Of a stretch of 64,000 nucleotides of DNA, positions 1 to 9,980 are shown piece after piece. The stretch is from Desulfosudaceae bacterium (GTDB lineage Bacteria; Desulfobacterota; Desulfobacteria; Desulfobacterales; Desulfosudaceae): contig CAXXDV010000003.1 of assembly GCA_963674745.2 (NCBI GenBank), positions 320,001-384,000 of the forward strand. Direction: 5' to 3'. The position numbers were made by a program, and so were the translations under genes. The notes beneath the pieces are model-generated. The model had not been told where the DNA came from, searched no databases, and worked only from the letters and a program-made list of their open reading frames with translations. Numbering within the stretch: the first letter of the stretch is position 1; each line of letters starts with the position of its first letter.

Positions 1-63
1 CCAGTTTTCTTCACCCTTATGTAAATCTGTCTCGATGCCTGATCACCGCAAAACATCGATTTC

Positions 64-246
64 ATTGCCAGGGCAGGTCTTCTGGCTCCCCCGCCTTTTC
101 AGCGGCCTTCCCATATGACTATAATTATACAGTGGCGCATCCAGGCTGAAAAGGTTCCGGTTTATTATGACCGGACCGGGGTTACAGCGGCGGGACCGCT
201 CCCGATTCACACGGGATTCCCTATTAAGCTATGTCACCCTGACAAT
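64..246 (-). ncRNA. Cobalamin riboswitch 1 (controls a gene beyond the left edge of the window)
   Basis: Minus strand reads AATAGGGAA..GTGAATC..GCGGTCCCGCCGCTGTAA...CCACTG...TGGGAAGG...GAGCCAGAAGACCTGCC (B12 box); P1 formed by 64-73 and 237-246. Confidence 0.93.
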
Positions 247-320
247 ATTTTATTAGAATGGCCCGGATTCAGGCTGGCATTTAGAAATAATCTGGGCCCA
301 TTCTGGTTTGTATATTTAAT

Positions 321-1580
321 TTAATCGGTCATGGTATGGATAAAACAACCACCACCGCCACCACCACCACTACCGCCTCCCGGTGCGTTACCGCCGACAA
401 ATACGACCCGGATGGGGTTTAAGGCGGTGTCAATGGATTCGTCAACGGCATCGGTATTGGTGTTTAAAATATCCACCCGGTGGTCCGTCTGGTTGCAGAC
501 CCAGAGCAGTCCGTTTACGTCTGTGTAGACACCGGACTCCATGCCGGCGATGTTTTTATTCTCAAGCCCGGTGACGGCCGTGCCAACGGGATTGGCGGCG
601 GATGGATCAAAGGAGTAGAGGGTATTGTCTCCCCATCCGGCATACCCTACAAAATAACCCCTGGTCGGAGAAACGATGGCCATGCCGGAGATGTTGCCGT
701 AAGGATGGTCCGTGTCATCACCGTCATCCAGGATGACTTGCGTGCCGTATGTGTCGGGATTAATGACGGCAATACCGCCGGTATATTCGGCTGCATAACG
801 GCCGACACCTTGAACATAAATTAAGCCATTGGCTGCCAGGTACTGAATCCCTCCCAGGTTCCTGATGTTTACGGGGATGCCTTTCATATCGCCGGTGCCC
901 CGGCCGGTATCGATCTCCGTGTCTGTGTCGGTATCAAAAACAGCCACGTAGGCGGTGTTGGTCAGCCATGGATCGGGATAGGCCGCCTGTGTCATGCGCT
1001 GCATGGCGATAAACAATTTGTTACCCACGATCACGGCACTTTTCATTTCCGGGCAGCCGTCGCCGTCGTCATAGGCGCTTAAATCCAGTTCGCCGATTTT
1101 AAAACCCGCTTCATCGGCGGCTGAAGGATCAACGATCCAGGCTTTTGTTGAGCCATAGCGAAGAATATACGCTTTTTGACCGCTTGCAAAAACCATATCC
1201 TGGGGGTTGCTGGTCGGATCAGAGGGCGCGTCCAGAGTGGAATACTGCCAGATGGGTGTGGCCGGCGCGTCAATTGAGAACTTGGTGACGTTGTCGGCAA
1301 AATATTTTTCAATGCGATAAAAAAAATTGCCGTATGCGGTCACGGTAATGTCCGATATGGTCGCGGCCAGGTTGTTGCTGGCTGTCCGGGGGCCGCCGAC
1401 CGGGTTGACCGAGATGACCGAATGCGCGCCGGAAGAATAATCGGCTGCGGCCGTGGCCACCACCGCTGTCTGGTCGGCCTGGGCAACCGATCCCACGGGA
1501 ACCAGGATGAAAGCCGTCAACATAATGACGGCCGGTAATAACAGGTAAAGGCTAAATCGTTTTCTCCCTTTTGATTGCAT
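321..1580 (-). CDS. Exported, putative beta-propeller (BtuG/YncE-like) protein with poly-Gly-CFI C-terminal tail
   Basis: GGAGG RBS before ATG 1580; signal peptide ending AQA; beta-rich repeats; C-terminus GGGSGGGGGGGCFIHTMTD; directly downstream of btuB. Confidence 0.65.
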   Translation of the reverse strand: MQSKGRKRFSLYLLLPAVIMLTAFILVPVGSVAQADQTAVVATAAADYSSGAHSVISVNPVGGPRTASNNLAATISDITVTAYGNFFYRIEKYFADNVTKFSIDAPATPIWQYSTLDAPSDPTSNPQDMVFASGQKAYILRYGSTKAWIVDPSAADEAGFKIGELDLSAYDDGDGCPEMKSAVIVGNKLFIAMQRMTQAAYPDPWLTNTAYVAVFDTDTDTEIDTGRGTGDMKGIPVNIRNLGGIQYLAANGLIYVQGVGRYAAEYTGGIAVINPDTYGTQVILDDGDDTDHPYGNISGMAIVSPTRGYFVGYAGWGDNTLYSFDPSAANPVGTAVTGLENKNIAGMESGVYTDVNGLLWVCNQTDHRVDILNTNTDAVDESIDTALNPIRVVFVGGNAPGGGSGGGGGGGCFIHTMTD

Positions 1581-1611
1581 GAATTTCCTCCCTTTTCTGA
1601 TATTTATATTA

Positions 1612-3672
1612 TCATATGGTGTACTTGATTTTAAATGTGAACGACTTTCCCGGCAGGGGATAGCCGTTAAAATCTTCATACTGATTATCCGTCATATTTT
1701 TTGCTTCGAGGCTGATCAAAACGGATCTGTAAAGCAAGGAAACACCGGCGTTGACTTCTTTTTTATCCGCCGCCTTGAGCAGATTGGCGGTATCGTAATA
1801 CATGTCATTTTCCGTCAGGTATTCGAGAAAAAGTTTGACCCCGGCATATTTCGCCTCCAGGCGTCCCAGGTAGGAAGACTCAAAACGTCCCGGAAGCTGC
1901 TTGCCGTCAAAAACCGGGGTGGGACTCTGGTTTTCCGTGTCCTGAAAAGTGGCATTGGCTGTCAGTCTAAAATATTTGCAAAAATCCATATGCCCCCGGG
2001 CCTCGACCCCGGAGATCAGGGAGCCGGATATATTTTCCGAACGGCCGATGCCGCGGGCATCGTAAACACGGGTGATCAGGTCATCCACATCGTTTCGGAA
2101 ATATACGGCGGAAAATGAGAGGTTGTGGACCGGTGATGAATCAATTTGCCAGTTACATTCAAGGCCGATATCAAAATTGGTGCCTTCTTCAGCCGTCAGG
2201 TCCGTATTGCCGGTGAAGAACCCACGGTCGCCGAACAGTTCAAAAAAAGACGGTTCCCGCTGATATCGGCCCAGATTACTTTTAATGGTAAGCCAGGCAA
2301 GGGGATGATAATCGATACCGATTTGCGGCAGGACATAATCTTCGGTGTTGGAAATGCGGTCATTAACGGAGCTGTCAAGAAAATCCTCGGTGGGGCTGAG
2401 TTTGTCCTTGAGGTGGATATATCGCAGCGCCGGCGTAATCATGACCTGGTCCTGAAGCAAAGCCACCCGGTACTGCAGTCCCAGGGAAAGTTGATCCCGG
2501 TGACTTTTGTCCAGATCAGAACCGGAAAGCAGATTCTCCGGCACGTATTTTTCCCGGTGGGCGTCAACGGTCATGGACAACACGTTGCTGCCGGAGATGC
2601 TCTCCAGGTAGGTGCCGCAACCGTATTTCTCGGTAATATATCTCAATTGCTGGTGTCCCAGGCCGATGGCGCCCTGGCTGTCGTCGTATTCTTCTTTTTT
2701 TCTGGTGTAGTCGATTTTTGTACTGGAGTTGATGCCGTATGATGTCAGATCGTCGGCCGTCAGTTTCAGGGTGCTGATGTGGTATTCCGTATCCAGTGAC
2801 GTATTGGCGTCCGGACTGTTGTTAAATCGCGGCAGTCCCTGGTCTTTGAAAAACCAGTGATGGCTGAAATCGACACGCAGGTGGTCATCGGCATCATAAC
2901 CCAGCTTGGCCAGGATGTTGGCCTGATCAAACTGAGCGTTGTTCCTCTTGACGGTCCGGTCATCGGCCTTGTTGTACTTGGTTTGGTTGTCGTAGGTGAA
3001 TTCAAAATCGTTGTCCGAATCCAGGTAGTCGGCCGAAATCAGGTAATCCCAGTTACCGGGTTTGTGGTTGATAAAACCGGAAAAAGTGCGGGTGTTAAAA
3101 GAACCGAAACCGGTACTGGCGTTCATGTCCAAGGCCTTTCGGCTGCGGATGGTTTTGATGTTGACGACACCTCCGATCGAAGACCTGCCGTAGTTGATCG
3201 GTGCGCTGCCCCGGTAAATCTCTATGGCCGCCACATCCGATAAGGCGATATTGCTCAGGTCGACCCCGCCGCCGGAGGCATCGTTGAGTAAAACCCCGTC
3301 TAAATAAATCATCACCTGCTCGCTGGTGGATCCTCTCAGCGTCATGGTGGAAAAGCTGCCCAAACCGCCGGACTGGCGCACCTGGATACCCGCTTCTTTT
3401 TCAATGACCTCGGCCAGTCCTTCCATTTTGCTTTCAAACTGATCCCGCTGGATAACGGTACAGAAGGTCGATGTGGCGTTGACGTCGACATCGCCGGTCT
3501 GGAAATCAGTGTCCTGGTGCTCTGCTGTTACAATGATGGTATCCATGACCAGCGGTGATGCCGGCGGCTCTTCAGCCGCAACCGGCAATACCGTTTGAAG
3601 GCAGAGCAGCACGGTTGCCATCAGCAGTGTCTGCAGGCGGGAAAAGTGTTTAAAAAAGGCGCTATGTATCAT
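1612..3672 (-). CDS. btuB: TonB-dependent cobalamin receptor
   Basis: TonB box DTIIVTA; plug motifs LRGS..QVMIYLDGV and IEIYRGS..YG..IGGVVNI; barrel C-terminus; downstream of a Cbl riboswitch. Confidence 0.9.
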   Translation of the reverse strand: MIHSAFFKHFSRLQTLLMATVLLCLQTVLPVAAEEPPASPLVMDTIIVTAEHQDTDFQTGDVDVNATSTFCTVIQRDQFESKMEGLAEVIEKEAGIQVRQSGGLGSFSTMTLRGSTSEQVMIYLDGVLLNDASGGGVDLSNIALSDVAAIEIYRGSAPINYGRSSIGGVVNIKTIRSRKALDMNASTGFGSFNTRTFSGFINHKPGNWDYLISADYLDSDNDFEFTYDNQTKYNKADDRTVKRNNAQFDQANILAKLGYDADDHLRVDFSHHWFFKDQGLPRFNNSPDANTSLDTEYHISTLKLTADDLTSYGINSSTKIDYTRKKEEYDDSQGAIGLGHQQLRYITEKYGCGTYLESISGSNVLSMTVDAHREKYVPENLLSGSDLDKSHRDQLSLGLQYRVALLQDQVMITPALRYIHLKDKLSPTEDFLDSSVNDRISNTEDYVLPQIGIDYHPLAWLTIKSNLGRYQREPSFFELFGDRGFFTGNTDLTAEEGTNFDIGLECNWQIDSSPVHNLSFSAVYFRNDVDDLITRVYDARGIGRSENISGSLISGVEARGHMDFCKYFRLTANATFQDTENQSPTPVFDGKQLPGRFESSYLGRLEAKYAGVKLFLEYLTENDMYYDTANLLKAADKKEVNAGVSLLYRSVLISLEAKNMTDNQYEDFNGYPLPGKSFTFKIKYTI

Positions 3673-3701
3673 CGTTGAAGTACTCTTTAAGCTGTTATTG
3701 C

Positions 3702-3740
3702 AAAAAAAAACCCCGAATCGATATAATCGATCCGGGGAAA
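3702..3740 (-). terminator. Expression-platform terminator of Cbl riboswitch 2
   Basis: Hairpin CCCCGGATCGAT-TAT-ATCGATTCGGGG followed by a T9 run on the minus strand, between riboswitch and btuB. Confidence 0.75.
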
Positions 3741-3796
3741 TCCCTTTTTTATCCTCTGATCTGTCGAAAGAAATCTCTCCACGTGATTTCTTTTTT

Positions 3797-3963
3797 ATAT
3801 CCAGGCAGGTCTTCTGGCTTTCGGATCATCCTACTGATCGCGCCTTCCCGCCGGAATTCAATGCCGACAGTGGCTGATGCGATGTTCGTTCCCGATTACA
3901 GCGGCGGGCCCGCCCCCGACTTTAACGGGGTTCCCTTTTATGTGCCGAGGCACACCTGAATAT
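3797..3963 (-). ncRNA. Cobalamin riboswitch 2
   Basis: AAAAGGGAA..GGCGGGCCCGCCGCTGTAA..GCCACTG..CGGGAAGGCG..AGCCAGAAGACCTGCC on minus strand. Confidence 0.93.
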
Positions 3964-4291
3964 TATGTCTAAACGTCTGTCTAGCAAACCGAAAAGAAAA
4001 AAGCAATATAATTTTAATATCGGCTTATGACCGGGATATGATGTGACGGAACCGATCACCCGGGCAACAGGGTATCAACACTTTCGAAAAAAAGATCAGC
4101 GTCTGGATTTCTTGTGCTTATTTGACTGGAACGATATTTTGTTTTATAATCAAACATTTCCGATTTTGATTATTTCCATGCCATCATTGCCTCTATATTA
4201 TTGACCTGTGCTTTTAAGAAGCAGAAAAGGATACACTGTTTTATATTTCGGCCAGGAGCGATAAACTCAAAACAACGTGAAAGGAGCAAAA

Positions 4292-4507
4292 ATGGAAAAA
4301 AGCGAAAAAGGATTTGTACCGACATTGTTGCTGTGCCTGTTTTTGGGCGGCCTGGGTGTGCACAGATTTTATGTGGGCAAGATCGGGACGGGTATATTGA
4401 TGCTGTTAACCCTGGGGGGACTGGGGATATGGGTGTTGATAGATCTTATCATGATTGCCGTCGGCTCTTTTAAGGACAAGAAAGGCCTTCCCATAAAAGC
4501 TTCCTGA
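4292..4507 (+). CDS. TM2 domain small membrane protein
   Basis: LLCLFLGGLGVHRFYVGKIGTG...GIWVLIDLI signature; AGGAG RBS. Confidence 0.9.
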   Translation: MEKSEKGFVPTLLLCLFLGGLGVHRFYVGKIGTGILMLLTLGGLGIWVLIDLIMIAVGSFKDKKGLPIKAS

Positions 4508-4710
4508 CGCCGCCGTTCGTTTGTGCTCGATGCCTGACCCCTGAAGTTTATTGTTAAAGGGTGTCTTTTACGCCATTGGTTCTTTTTATATGGCCGGACC
4601 TTCAGGCGCCTCTTGGGGATTTATGCTTTTTCCGGCAAAGGGTTTGCTGTATCTTTATCCGCCCGGCGAGTGCTTGATCATTAAAGAACCATCTTGATCG
4701 GGAACAGGGA

Positions 4711-5508
4711 TTATAAACTGCCTTTATTTAGAAAAATAAAGGGTTTGCCGGACACGGGGTTTTTGCCCACATGAACGTCTGTCCGGTAAATTTCTTTTAG
4801 GGATTGTTCGGTCAGGACTGATTCGGCCGGGCCTGAATGATAAACGCGTTTTTCTTTTCGATCCAAAAGGATCAGCCGATCCGCATATTCCGCGGCCAGG
4901 TTCAGATCGTGCATGACCATGATGACCGTCAGCTTCAGTTCTCGGTTCAGTCGGGAAATCAGGTTCATAATGCGTTGCTGATGGGTAATGTCAAGATGCG
5001 AAGTGGGCTCATCCAGCAGCAGGATTTTCGGTTGCTGGACCAGTGCCCGGGTGATGGCCGTCAATTGCCGTTCACCGCCGCTGATCTCATTCATGCGGGC
5101 ATCTTCAAATTCTGAAATACCGGTCAATTCCATATATTGATCGGCCACTTCCATATCTGTCCGGGATTCAAAAACCTGGTATTTACGAAAAAAAGGAATA
5201 CGTCCCAGTAGCACATATTCCCTTACGGTCAGCAGAGAGGATTGAACGGTCTGACCGACAACCGCCATGACGGCTGCCAGTTCCTTACGGGAATATTTTT
5301 CCAGGGGCCGGGAATCGATATCAATAGCCCCCCGCCCGGGCTTGAGCTGACCGGTCAGGGTTTTTAACAGGGTTGTCTTACCGGCGCCGTTGGGTCCGAT
5401 TATGCCGATGACGTCGCCCTTGGCTATGTCAAAGGTAATGTCCTCGAGAACGGTTTTCCCGGGATACCCACATGAAAGATTGTTCAGTCTTATAAAAATA
5501 TCGCTCAT
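4711..5508 (-). CDS. btuD: Cobalamin/iron-chelate ABC transporter ATPase
   Basis: Walker A GPNGAGKTT, signature ISGGERQ, Walker B LLLDEPT, H-loop MHDLN. Confidence 0.88.
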   Translation of the reverse strand: MSDIFIRLNNLSCGYPGKTVLEDITFDIAKGDVIGIIGPNGAGKTTLLKTLTGQLKPGRGAIDIDSRPLEKYSRKELAAVMAVVGQTVQSSLLTVREYVLLGRIPFFRKYQVFESRTDMEVADQYMELTGISEFEDARMNEISGGERQLTAITRALVQQPKILLLDEPTSHLDITHQQRIMNLISRLNRELKLTVIMVMHDLNLAAEYADRLILLDRKEKRVYHSGPAESVLTEQSLKEIYRTDVHVGKNPVSGKPFIFLNKGSL

Positions 5509-5517
5509 TGTTGATCC

Positions 5518-5639
5518 GACGGTTTCGTAAAAAGTTCAAGATCAAGGCGCGCAAGGCCCGAGAAATGCAGCGAACTTTTGTACGTGAATTTTCGAGGGGC
5601 GCAGCGCAACGAAGATGTTGGGCTTTTTACTGAATCGTC
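5518..5639. repeat. MITE-like intergenic element with imperfect terminal inverted repeats
   Basis: GACGGTTTCGTAAAAAG at left end, CTTTTTACTGAATCGTC at right end; fills the btuC-btuD gap. Confidence 0.7.
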
Positions 5640-5641
5640 TT

Positions 5642-6646
5642 TCATAGGGTGATTTGTTTCTTGCCTAAAATATAAATAAAAATCGTCCCGCCGATAATTC
5701 CGGTTATGACACCTACCGGCAGCTCCAGGGGGGCGATAACGGTGCGGGCGGCCACATCACATAAAACCAGGAAGAAAGAACCGGCCAGAAACGAACTGAT
5801 CAGCAGCAGGCGGTGATCGGTGCCGGTGAGAATCCGCATGGTATGCGGCACGATCAGACCGACAAAACCGATAATACCGGACACGGAGACACTTAAGCCG
5901 GTCAGCAGCGAGGCCAGGATAAACAACCATTTTTTGGTCCGTTCCACGTTGATGCCCAGTGAGGCCGCTTCCTCCTCGCCCAGGGCCAGGGCGTTTAAGT
6001 CCAGGCAGAAAAAATAGCTCATGACCAGGCCGGCCAGGGTGCCGGCTGATACGATTTTCACCAGGGTTATATCCGTAATATCCAGAGAGCCCATGATCCA
6101 GAGCACTATCGTATGAATGTCTTCTGATTTGGAAATCGACATCAGCAGCATGACCAGGGAAGAAGAAACAAAACTGATCATGACGCCGATCAGCAGCATG
6201 TTGTTTGTTTTCAGCGTTCCCGCATTAAGGCTGAGGTAGTAGACCAGCATGATCACGGCGGCAGCACCGGCAAAACCGGAAATGGGATAGGCAATGACGC
6301 CGATGATGCTGTCTAATTTGAAAAGAATATTAATGCATACGCCCAGGGAGGCGCCGCCGAAAATGCCCAGGGTGTAAGGCTCCACCAGGGGATTCCTGAA
6401 CATGCCCTGAAGCAGCGTTCCCGCCAGGCTCAGGGCGCCGCCGACGACGATGCCCAGGAGCAGGCGGGGCAGGCGGATATCAAGCAGGATACTGGACTGG
6501 ATGTTTCCCCGGCCCTCGAAAAGAAGCCCGGGGATGCTTTTGACGGGGATGTCCGCCGATCCCACGCAAAGGGACAGGATCGCGGCGCCGATCAATGCCG
6601 TTGTCAGTCCGGCCAGGGTGGTGATAATTTTTGTTTTTCTGCGCAT
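5642..6646 (-). CDS. btuC: FecCD/BtuC-family ABC permease
   Basis: IRLPR, QGMFRNPLVEP, LGEEEAASLG and GIIGFVGLIVPH motifs. Confidence 0.9.
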   Translation of the reverse strand: MRRKTKIITTLAGLTTALIGAAILSLCVGSADIPVKSIPGLLFEGRGNIQSSILLDIRLPRLLLGIVVGGALSLAGTLLQGMFRNPLVEPYTLGIFGGASLGVCINILFKLDSIIGVIAYPISGFAGAAAVIMLVYYLSLNAGTLKTNNMLLIGVMISFVSSSLVMLLMSISKSEDIHTIVLWIMGSLDITDITLVKIVSAGTLAGLVMSYFFCLDLNALALGEEEAASLGINVERTKKWLFILASLLTGLSVSVSGIIGFVGLIVPHTMRILTGTDHRLLLISSFLAGSFFLVLCDVAARTVIAPLELPVGVITGIIGGTIFIYILGKKQITL

Positions 6647-6648
6647 GA

Positions 6649-7521
6649 TTACTTTTCTTTACCCTGCAGCTCGGGATGGATCAGCGGCACGATATAGGCC
6701 AGGGCTTCGGCAAAGCTGACCGGTGTCGGGCTGCAGACAATTTCCGGATCCAGCACGTAAATCTGACCGGTTCTGGACGCATTCAGGGCGTGGTAGCCCA
6801 TCCAGGTTTCTTTCTCTTTTTCAGCACCTGTTTTATCCGATCCCATGGTGGCAATAAGGATAACGTCGGGATTATTGGCCATTACCTTTTCACGACTGTA
6901 ATTGCCCGACGTTTCCTCCGCCGCCACATTGATGCCACCGGCAAAGGTAATGTATTCATTTATAAAAGTCCCCTTGGGCGAAGTGTGCAGGGGGTTAAAT
7001 CCGATTTGGATAAACACCTTTCGTGGCGCCAGCCGACGGGTACGGCGGGTTATGTCATTAACCTTCGCTCGGGCTTCGTTGATAATCGCCTGTGCCTTTT
7101 CCGCTTCTCCGACCAGGTGGCCCAGTGTCGACATCATGGTGCAGATTTTTTCAAAAGTGGCCGGATTTTCGTACTGCTCCACCCGGATACCCAGGCGCTT
7201 CAACAGCTTGAGCTGGTTTTCGTTGGCCAGAGGGTTGGCGATGACGATATCCGGATCCAGGCTGATGATTTTTTCCACGTCCGCCTGGATAAGAGAGCCG
7301 ATTTTTATTTTGTTTTTAGCGTCTTCCGGAACATTGCAGTAAGTGGTGTCGGCAATGAGGCGATCATCGGCGCCAAGCAGGTAGATCATTTCCGTAATCA
7401 GCGGGCCCAGGGAAATAATGCGCCGGGGAATTTCAGCGTATACCTGAGTTGTAGGCAGGGTCATTCCCCAGAAGACAATCAAAGTCGTAGCCCATTTTTT
7501 TAATATTTTACGTTTTAACAC
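6649..7521 (-). CDS. btuF: Periplasmic cobalamin-binding protein
   Basis: Signal peptide; RIISLGP..TEMIYLLG and EKIISLDPD helical-backbone motifs. Confidence 0.85.
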   Translation of the reverse strand: MLKRKILKKWATTLIVFWGMTLPTTQVYAEIPRRIISLGPLITEMIYLLGADDRLIADTTYCNVPEDAKNKIKIGSLIQADVEKIISLDPDIVIANPLANENQLKLLKRLGIRVEQYENPATFEKICTMMSTLGHLVGEAEKAQAIINEARAKVNDITRRTRRLAPRKVFIQIGFNPLHTSPKGTFINEYITFAGGINVAAEETSGNYSREKVMANNPDVILIATMGSDKTGAEKEKETWMGYHALNASRTGQIYVLDPEIVCSPTPVSFAEALAYIVPLIHPELQGKEK

Positions 7522-7526
7522 GTTCG

Positions 7527-9557
7527 TTATTCCCGGTGCTTCTGGTATATGCCGGTCAACAGGGCGTTAAAGGCGGTTTTTATCACAATCGGCAGATCGT
7601 CCCGGGTGATATGATTATTTATCTGCGTCATCTCTTTTTCCGCCACCTGCGAGCAGATGTCAAGCGCCAGGCGATTAAAGGCGGTTAAATCCGTCAGCAG
7701 TCCCTTCTCATAATCATCATTGACCGCCAGGGCGGTTTCCACAAAACCGGCAAAAGCAGGGTCCAGCAAAAGTGTTTCAATATCCGCGACGATTTTGTTC
7801 GCCGGCCGGCTGCATTTACAGGCGGCCGGGTCGACCAGATGATACAACGAGATATCCCGTTCTGACAGGCGCTGGAATATGCCCCTTTTTTCCGTCAGGT
7901 GGTTCTGTTTCCGCACCGCCTCTTTGACGCCGGCGTAGACCGCTTCGGCGATCATTTGACCGAGCCGGGAATGGCCGCCGGCGTTTTCAAGCGGTTTTTG
8001 CTTTCCCATGCCCTGAACGACGATGATGTTGTCGGTGCCGGTGCCGGTGGCCCGGTATCGGCCGTGATTAAAGCTGCTGCGAATGTCCATGTCCAGCAGG
8101 GCCGCTGTTTTGGCTTCGGTAGCGGTGATGACGGCCCTGGACATGGCCCGTCGGGTCAGGGGTATGCTGGAAAGAATGATCATATTGATGGTGCCGGGCT
8201 CATAATAGCGCCCCTCGTCGGCCGACATGCGCAGGGCATTGGATTTGACACCCGCTGTTACAAAGGCCCATATGGTCAGATCTTTAAATGAGGCTTTTTG
8301 AATGGACAGGTTGTCCATATCGGCACCGGTGAACAGCAGTGCGGCACTTTTTTCGCTGCGGTCGAGAACCTTCAGCACGTGGCGCTGGAAAGTGTCGATC
8401 CCGATGCTGTGGCTGATAGGCCAGCAGGGGGGCGGAAAATAATGATTGCCAACGGTCCTGATGTCGTCCCGCCAGCCTTCTAAGGTAGAAAGAACGGTCA
8501 CGGGTTTTGTGAAATCCAGGACCAGGGTTTTGTGAATAAAATCATAAATCCGGCTCTGAACGATACGGCCGTCCTTTACATAATCCGGCATGTCAATCGT
8601 GGGGGATAGCCCATCGGTTTCCACGACCGCTTCTTTTTCGACCAGGTTGCCGGTGTCTGAAAACGATTTGGTATAAATTGAAGCAGCCAGCCAGGCCACA
8701 AAATCTCCGGTATGGGTGGCCGCCCGGCAGGTCAGGTCACAGGGGAAATAATAAACCCGGTTGTTTCTGACCGCGGAGACGTCTTTCCAACCGGTCAGTT
8801 TGAAAAAGGCCGCGGCCGTGCGGTCGTCTCCTTTGCAGCCGTAAATAAACTGGGGATCAAAGGACTGCCACTGGTCCCTGGTTACGGGAATGACCGCACC
8901 GTTTCGTTCAATGCCATGGGGAAGGCCGCCGGCGGCACGGATGATCTCATTCTGGAAGGAATCCAGGCCGGGGGTCATGATCGTTTTTTTACCCATCAGC
9001 CGGATGACCCGCTGTTTATCTTTTTCCGGTATTCCGGCTGTTTTTCGGGCAATCAGGTCAAGGTCGGCTTTGATCCGGTTGATGATTTGGGCGGCCTTTT
9101 CTTTTTTGCCCAAAAGCAGTCCCAGCTGGTGGATCGTTTCAAAACTTTTGGCCAGGGTGCCGGTCTCAAGAAAAAGGACCGGGATGCCAGTGTCTGCAAA
9201 GCGCTCTTCCACGGCCAGGTGCATGTCCGAAAGAAAGATAATGTCGGGCGCCAGTGCGGCAATGGTATCAAGCGAAGGGGAAGAAAAACCGCCCACGACG
9301 GTCATCTTGTGGTCCGGGTCAAGATCCGCGTCGTGATAGGTGATACCTTTTAACGCGCCCCGGGCACCCAGCGCGAATATGATTTCCGTAATCGATGGCA
9401 CCAGGCTGACCGCCCGTTGAAAGGGCTTATCAATTTCGACCGGCTGAAAGTTGACGTCCAGGATGGTGTCGGAAAAACAGCCCCCCGGTGTTGGCGCGGC
9501 TATCATGAACAGCCATATGATGATAACGGCCGTCGGCCGGGTTAATTTTTTGTGCAT
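7527..9557 (-). CDS. cbiZ: BtuF-type binding domain fused to adenosylcobinamide amidohydrolase (CbiZ) domain
   Basis: N-half RAVSLVPSITE; C-half FTGADMDN, VTAGVKSNA, PGTIN, TATEAK, ATGTGTD and GGHS..G (CbiZ motifs). Confidence 0.85.
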   Translation of the reverse strand: MHKKLTRPTAVIIIWLFMIAAPTPGGCFSDTILDVNFQPVEIDKPFQRAVSLVPSITEIIFALGARGALKGITYHDADLDPDHKMTVVGGFSSPSLDTIAALAPDIIFLSDMHLAVEERFADTGIPVLFLETGTLAKSFETIHQLGLLLGKKEKAAQIINRIKADLDLIARKTAGIPEKDKQRVIRLMGKKTIMTPGLDSFQNEIIRAAGGLPHGIERNGAVIPVTRDQWQSFDPQFIYGCKGDDRTAAAFFKLTGWKDVSAVRNNRVYYFPCDLTCRAATHTGDFVAWLAASIYTKSFSDTGNLVEKEAVVETDGLSPTIDMPDYVKDGRIVQSRIYDFIHKTLVLDFTKPVTVLSTLEGWRDDIRTVGNHYFPPPCWPISHSIGIDTFQRHVLKVLDRSEKSAALLFTGADMDNLSIQKASFKDLTIWAFVTAGVKSNALRMSADEGRYYEPGTINMIILSSIPLTRRAMSRAVITATEAKTAALLDMDIRSSFNHGRYRATGTGTDNIIVVQGMGKQKPLENAGGHSRLGQMIAEAVYAGVKEAVRKQNHLTEKRGIFQRLSERDISLYHLVDPAACKCSRPANKIVADIETLLLDPAFAGFVETALAVNDDYEKGLLTDLTAFNRLALDICSQVAEKEMTQINNHITRDDLPIVIKTAFNALLTGIYQKHRE

Positions 9558-9589
9558 GGTTTTTCCCTTTTGATTGCTTCGGACCGGGC

Positions 9590-9630
9590 AAAAAAAAACC
9601 GGACCGAAAAATTGGTTCGATCCGGGATTT
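9590..9630 (-). terminator. Expression-platform terminator of Cbl riboswitch 3
   Basis: CCGGATCGAA...TTCGGTCCGG hairpin plus T9 run on minus strand. Confidence 0.65.
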
Positions 9631-9691
9631 CCCTTTTTTATCCTGAAAACCGATCAAGTTCGCCCCGATGCCGCGCCAGGCGATAATCTCA

Positions 9692-9858
9692 TGTTCAGGC
9701 AGGTCTTCTGACTCCCGGATCATCCTGCCGACCGCGCCTTCCCGTTTTTAGCTTCAAAAACAGTGACTTTATGCGATGGCCGTCCCCGGTTACAGCGGCG
9801 GGCCCGTCTCCGACTTACACGGTGTTCCCTTTTGATCCTCCTGGGAGGAACCTGAACA
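9692..9858 (-). ncRNA. Cobalamin riboswitch 3
   Basis: P1 TGTTCAGG/CCTGAACA; AAAAGGGAA..ACGGGCCCGCCGCTGTAA..CGGGAAGGCG..GAGTCAGAAGACCTGCC. Confidence 0.93.
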
Positions 9859-9980
9859 AGTATTGGCATTATTTTTAGAACCAGGCCCCTTTTTTGTCAA
9901 GGAAAATTACGGCCGCGTTTCAGGTTGCATTCAGGTATACCCTGTCATATTATCAAAAAATACCGGCCTAAAACAATCAT

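Noticed and set aside
3675..3959. Short ORFs overlapping riboswitches, and the many antisense ORFs in GC-rich genes (e.g. 6676-7503, 23444-24400, 38062-38856)
   Set aside because: Shadow frames of RNA elements or of well-supported opposite-strand genes, with no family motifs
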